A stretch of 64,000 bases of DNA from contig NC_087447.1 of assembly GCF_036321535.1 (NCBI RefSeq), positions 13,144,001-13,208,000 on the forward strand, given 5' to 3'. The stretch is from Camelus dromedarius (lineage: Eukaryota). The position numbers and the translations under genes are program-made. Of this stretch, positions 61,481 to 64,000 are shown one piece after another; within the stretch, counting starts at the first letter, position 1; every line of letters starts with the position of its first letter. A model generated the notes under the pieces. It worked only from the letters and a program-made list of their open reading frames with translations. It had not been told where the DNA came from and searched no databases.

Positions 61481-63434
61481 AATACACTTAGCAAAACGTT
61501 ACACACTGTCACAGTTCTTGATACATACTGCAGACTCAATAAATATGATACTATTATTACTTGAAACAGAGGGTTTTGCTGACCCCAATATTTAAATTTT
61601 TATCCTATGCCAAAGTGCACTCTGTACATCTTTAATTTGCATAACCCTAAATTTCTCAAGGACAGAAAGGCATCTTGCATTCTGCTTTGAATTATTAAGA
61701 AGCGTTTGTTACACATTCCCTAATTTTGAATTCCAGTCACTCCTCCATGATCTGCGTGATTTCTGGCATGTGCTGTGTTTTTTTTTTTTTTTTTTTTTGG
61801 ATTATCACACTGCCAATGGGTGAGTTCATTTAATTAGATAAAATATATGAGTCATTCAATGCAATAAATATTTCCAATTATTTTCTTTGTTGTGTCCCTG
61901 GTCAAATATGAGATACCATTTATTTAACCAATAATCAGTAGATGTTTATTGAATGATTAAAATAAATAGCCTCAATGTTTTAGATGGTAAACAAATAAAG
62001 TATTCAATCATTGAAATCTTCACCATCACAATTATTACAGGCAACAAGTCCAAGCAACAAACTAAACTGAGATAAAGCAAACAGAGACCCAGATTTTAAG
62101 GAATCTCCATTTGGTTTTTAGTGACTGCCAAGGGTCTTTGCTTAACTTAATTCTTGGGATAGTGGTTACTGCAGGGTTTTTTTGGTTTTTTTTTTTTTTT
62201 TTTTTTGGATTTGTTTTGTCTCACTTTCTCGGTAGACTCTAAATTTCTTATTTTCTTAATCAATCCTTTGCCAACTTTCTGCCAAATTTCTAATAATATT
62301 TTTTCTTATTTGAAACTTGCTATTCAGCAAAGCATCAATTCCCTGTCACTGCCTGACCATTCCTTTAGAACATCATGTCACTCTCAACAGGCAACTCTTT
62401 GAATTTATTACTGCCTTAACCTCAAAACAAATTAGTCTGTACATTTCAGAGAAAATGCCTATATTTAACTTTAGCAGGCAGTCAATCTGTTGTCCACACA
62501 GTGAAGGGAAGAATATATTCAGCTCTCACCCAGGCAGGCAGGATAATCGGAAGGAGGTGAAATAATTCACCACACATGTTCTTCCACTTTAATTGTGAAT
62601 CCATTCACATCCCTTCCTGTCGGAGTTGTCATTCTTTCCTCATTGAGATTCTGGTCATTCACCTCCTGTTCAGAGTATTTCATTTCACTCAGCACTGTTC
62701 ATTAGACATTCATAGGGAAAAAAAAAGTGTGTCATTTTAGAGAAACTGACACCTGTCACTCAAGCAAAGAATAAGAGTTCATGGATTCAGAAAAACTGTT
62801 TCAGGCAAGTGGAACACCATGAATATCCAAATGAGTCAAATCACAGACTATATTTTCAATCCTAAAATTATTCCTAGAGATTTTCTGGTTTACATAATTA
62901 AATATTTAATAACTCTATGTTCTAAAACTGCATCTGTTTCATTCCAGAACCTTGACTGTTCCTTACAAGTTGTTTGGATTTACATTCCCAGGTCATAAGC
63001 TCACCAGGTGGATTTCCTTTAGATCCAAGTTATCAGATCCATGGAAGTTAGGATTGAATCTGGATTATAAATACTATGCGAGCCATAATTAACATCTGTG
63101 TGTGATTTAGGAATCCCAGTCATTAGACGCTCCTCTTGGGCCCCAGTGACTGAATTCCCCTGCACTTTACTCAAAGAGTTTTGTGATTAAAAAACATATG
63201 TGGGGCTTTTGCCTTGAGGGCCTTATCCTTTCCATAATTCTGTAATCTGACTGCGAAATAAAGGACAGCTCTGGACCTTAGGATCACTAATGGTCTTCAC
63301 CTCTTCTCAAAAAGTCTTTATCGTATTCTCTGAGAGCATTAGAATGAGTTTTAGTTTATTTCCAAGTATTAGTTTCCTGGAAGATTATAAACTAACTAAT
63401 CCATTAAGGAACTATTAACTCCTAAGGAAACTTA

Positions 63435-63725
63435 TTTTTTTTAAACTTTATTAATGGATAATTGATGAATATCATTGTATATATTTAAAGTGTACAACGT
63501 GATGATTTTATGTACATATACATTGTGGATTTATTACCAAGATTAAGGGAATTAACACATTCATCACCTCACACAGTTAACTACTTCTTTTGTATGTGGT
63601 GAGTCTGGGTAAGATCTACTCTCAGCAACTTTTAGGTATACAAAACCATCGATTAATGATAGGCACCATGCTGTGCATTAGATCCTCAGAACTCTCATGA
63701 CTGAAGACACATACCCTTTGACCTA
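63435..63725 (-). mobile_element. L1MA-type 3' end fragment
   Basis: T-run, ATATTTAAAGTGTACAACGTGATGAT, AATTAACACATTCATCACCTCACACAG, CACCATGCTGTGCATTAGATCCTCAGAAC. Confidence 0.8.
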
Positions 63726-64000
63726 GATCACCGCATGGAAAGCTGTTTGAAGACGTATTCTTCTGAGATGCCTCCTACGGTCAAGGTCATGTTTTCACAA
63801 TTATTCCTGTTACTAATTTGGAAGAACTTCCATGAGATCCCCTCTGGCTTCCCCTTCTCTGTTCTTGCAGACATCCTCAAGGCTCTGCTTTGTGTCCCCT
63901 GCCCCTGGATCTTTCTAGCCTTACTTCCTCCCCAGGAAGAACAGTTTATTCCTGTGGCTCTTCTATGCTCCAAAGTGAAAATACCCAAATATGTCTTGCT

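Noticed and set aside
1-64000. CRISPR arrays, prokaryotic operons or defence systems
   Set aside because: The sequence is mammalian, and the only tandem repeats have no unique spacers.

Overview
Mammalian genomic DNA, AT-rich and repeat-rich. It is most likely camelid, judged from tRNA-Ala-derived Vic-1-type SINEs and a young artiodactyl-type L1, with no Alu, B1 or Bov-A elements. The window spans the junction of two class II olfactory receptor (OR) subfamily clusters. On the left are three OR5D-like genes on the minus strand (1474-2421, 10540-11499, 17938-18915). After a divergent intergenic region come four OR4P-like genes: intact at 31222-32154 (+), a frameshifted pseudogene at 37705-38644 (+), and two minus-strand ORFs at 46399-47331 and 57001-57903 that carry motif lesions. 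The rest is L1, L2/MIR, MaLR and ERV-L LTR elements, a decayed ERV-L pol-dUTPase segment, DNA transposon remnants and microsatellites. I found no prokaryotic features, no CRISPR array, no true tRNA/rRNA genes and no wholly new gene system. The best second-look items are: (1) the third OR5D gene lacks the start codon at the paralogous position and may have a coding sequence split over two exons; (2) a 461-bp gene-conversion tract between the first two OR5D genes covering TM3-TM6; (3) a strong CTCF motif in a CpG-retaining segment at the OR5D/OR4P boundary; (4) a (TAAG)15 microsatellite forming a branch-point-like array at the second gene's splice acceptor; (5) several OR4P genes apparently in different stages of decay. 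Repeat subfamily names come from remembered consensus sequences, not a RepeatMasker run, and their boundaries are approximate unless a target-site duplication is given.
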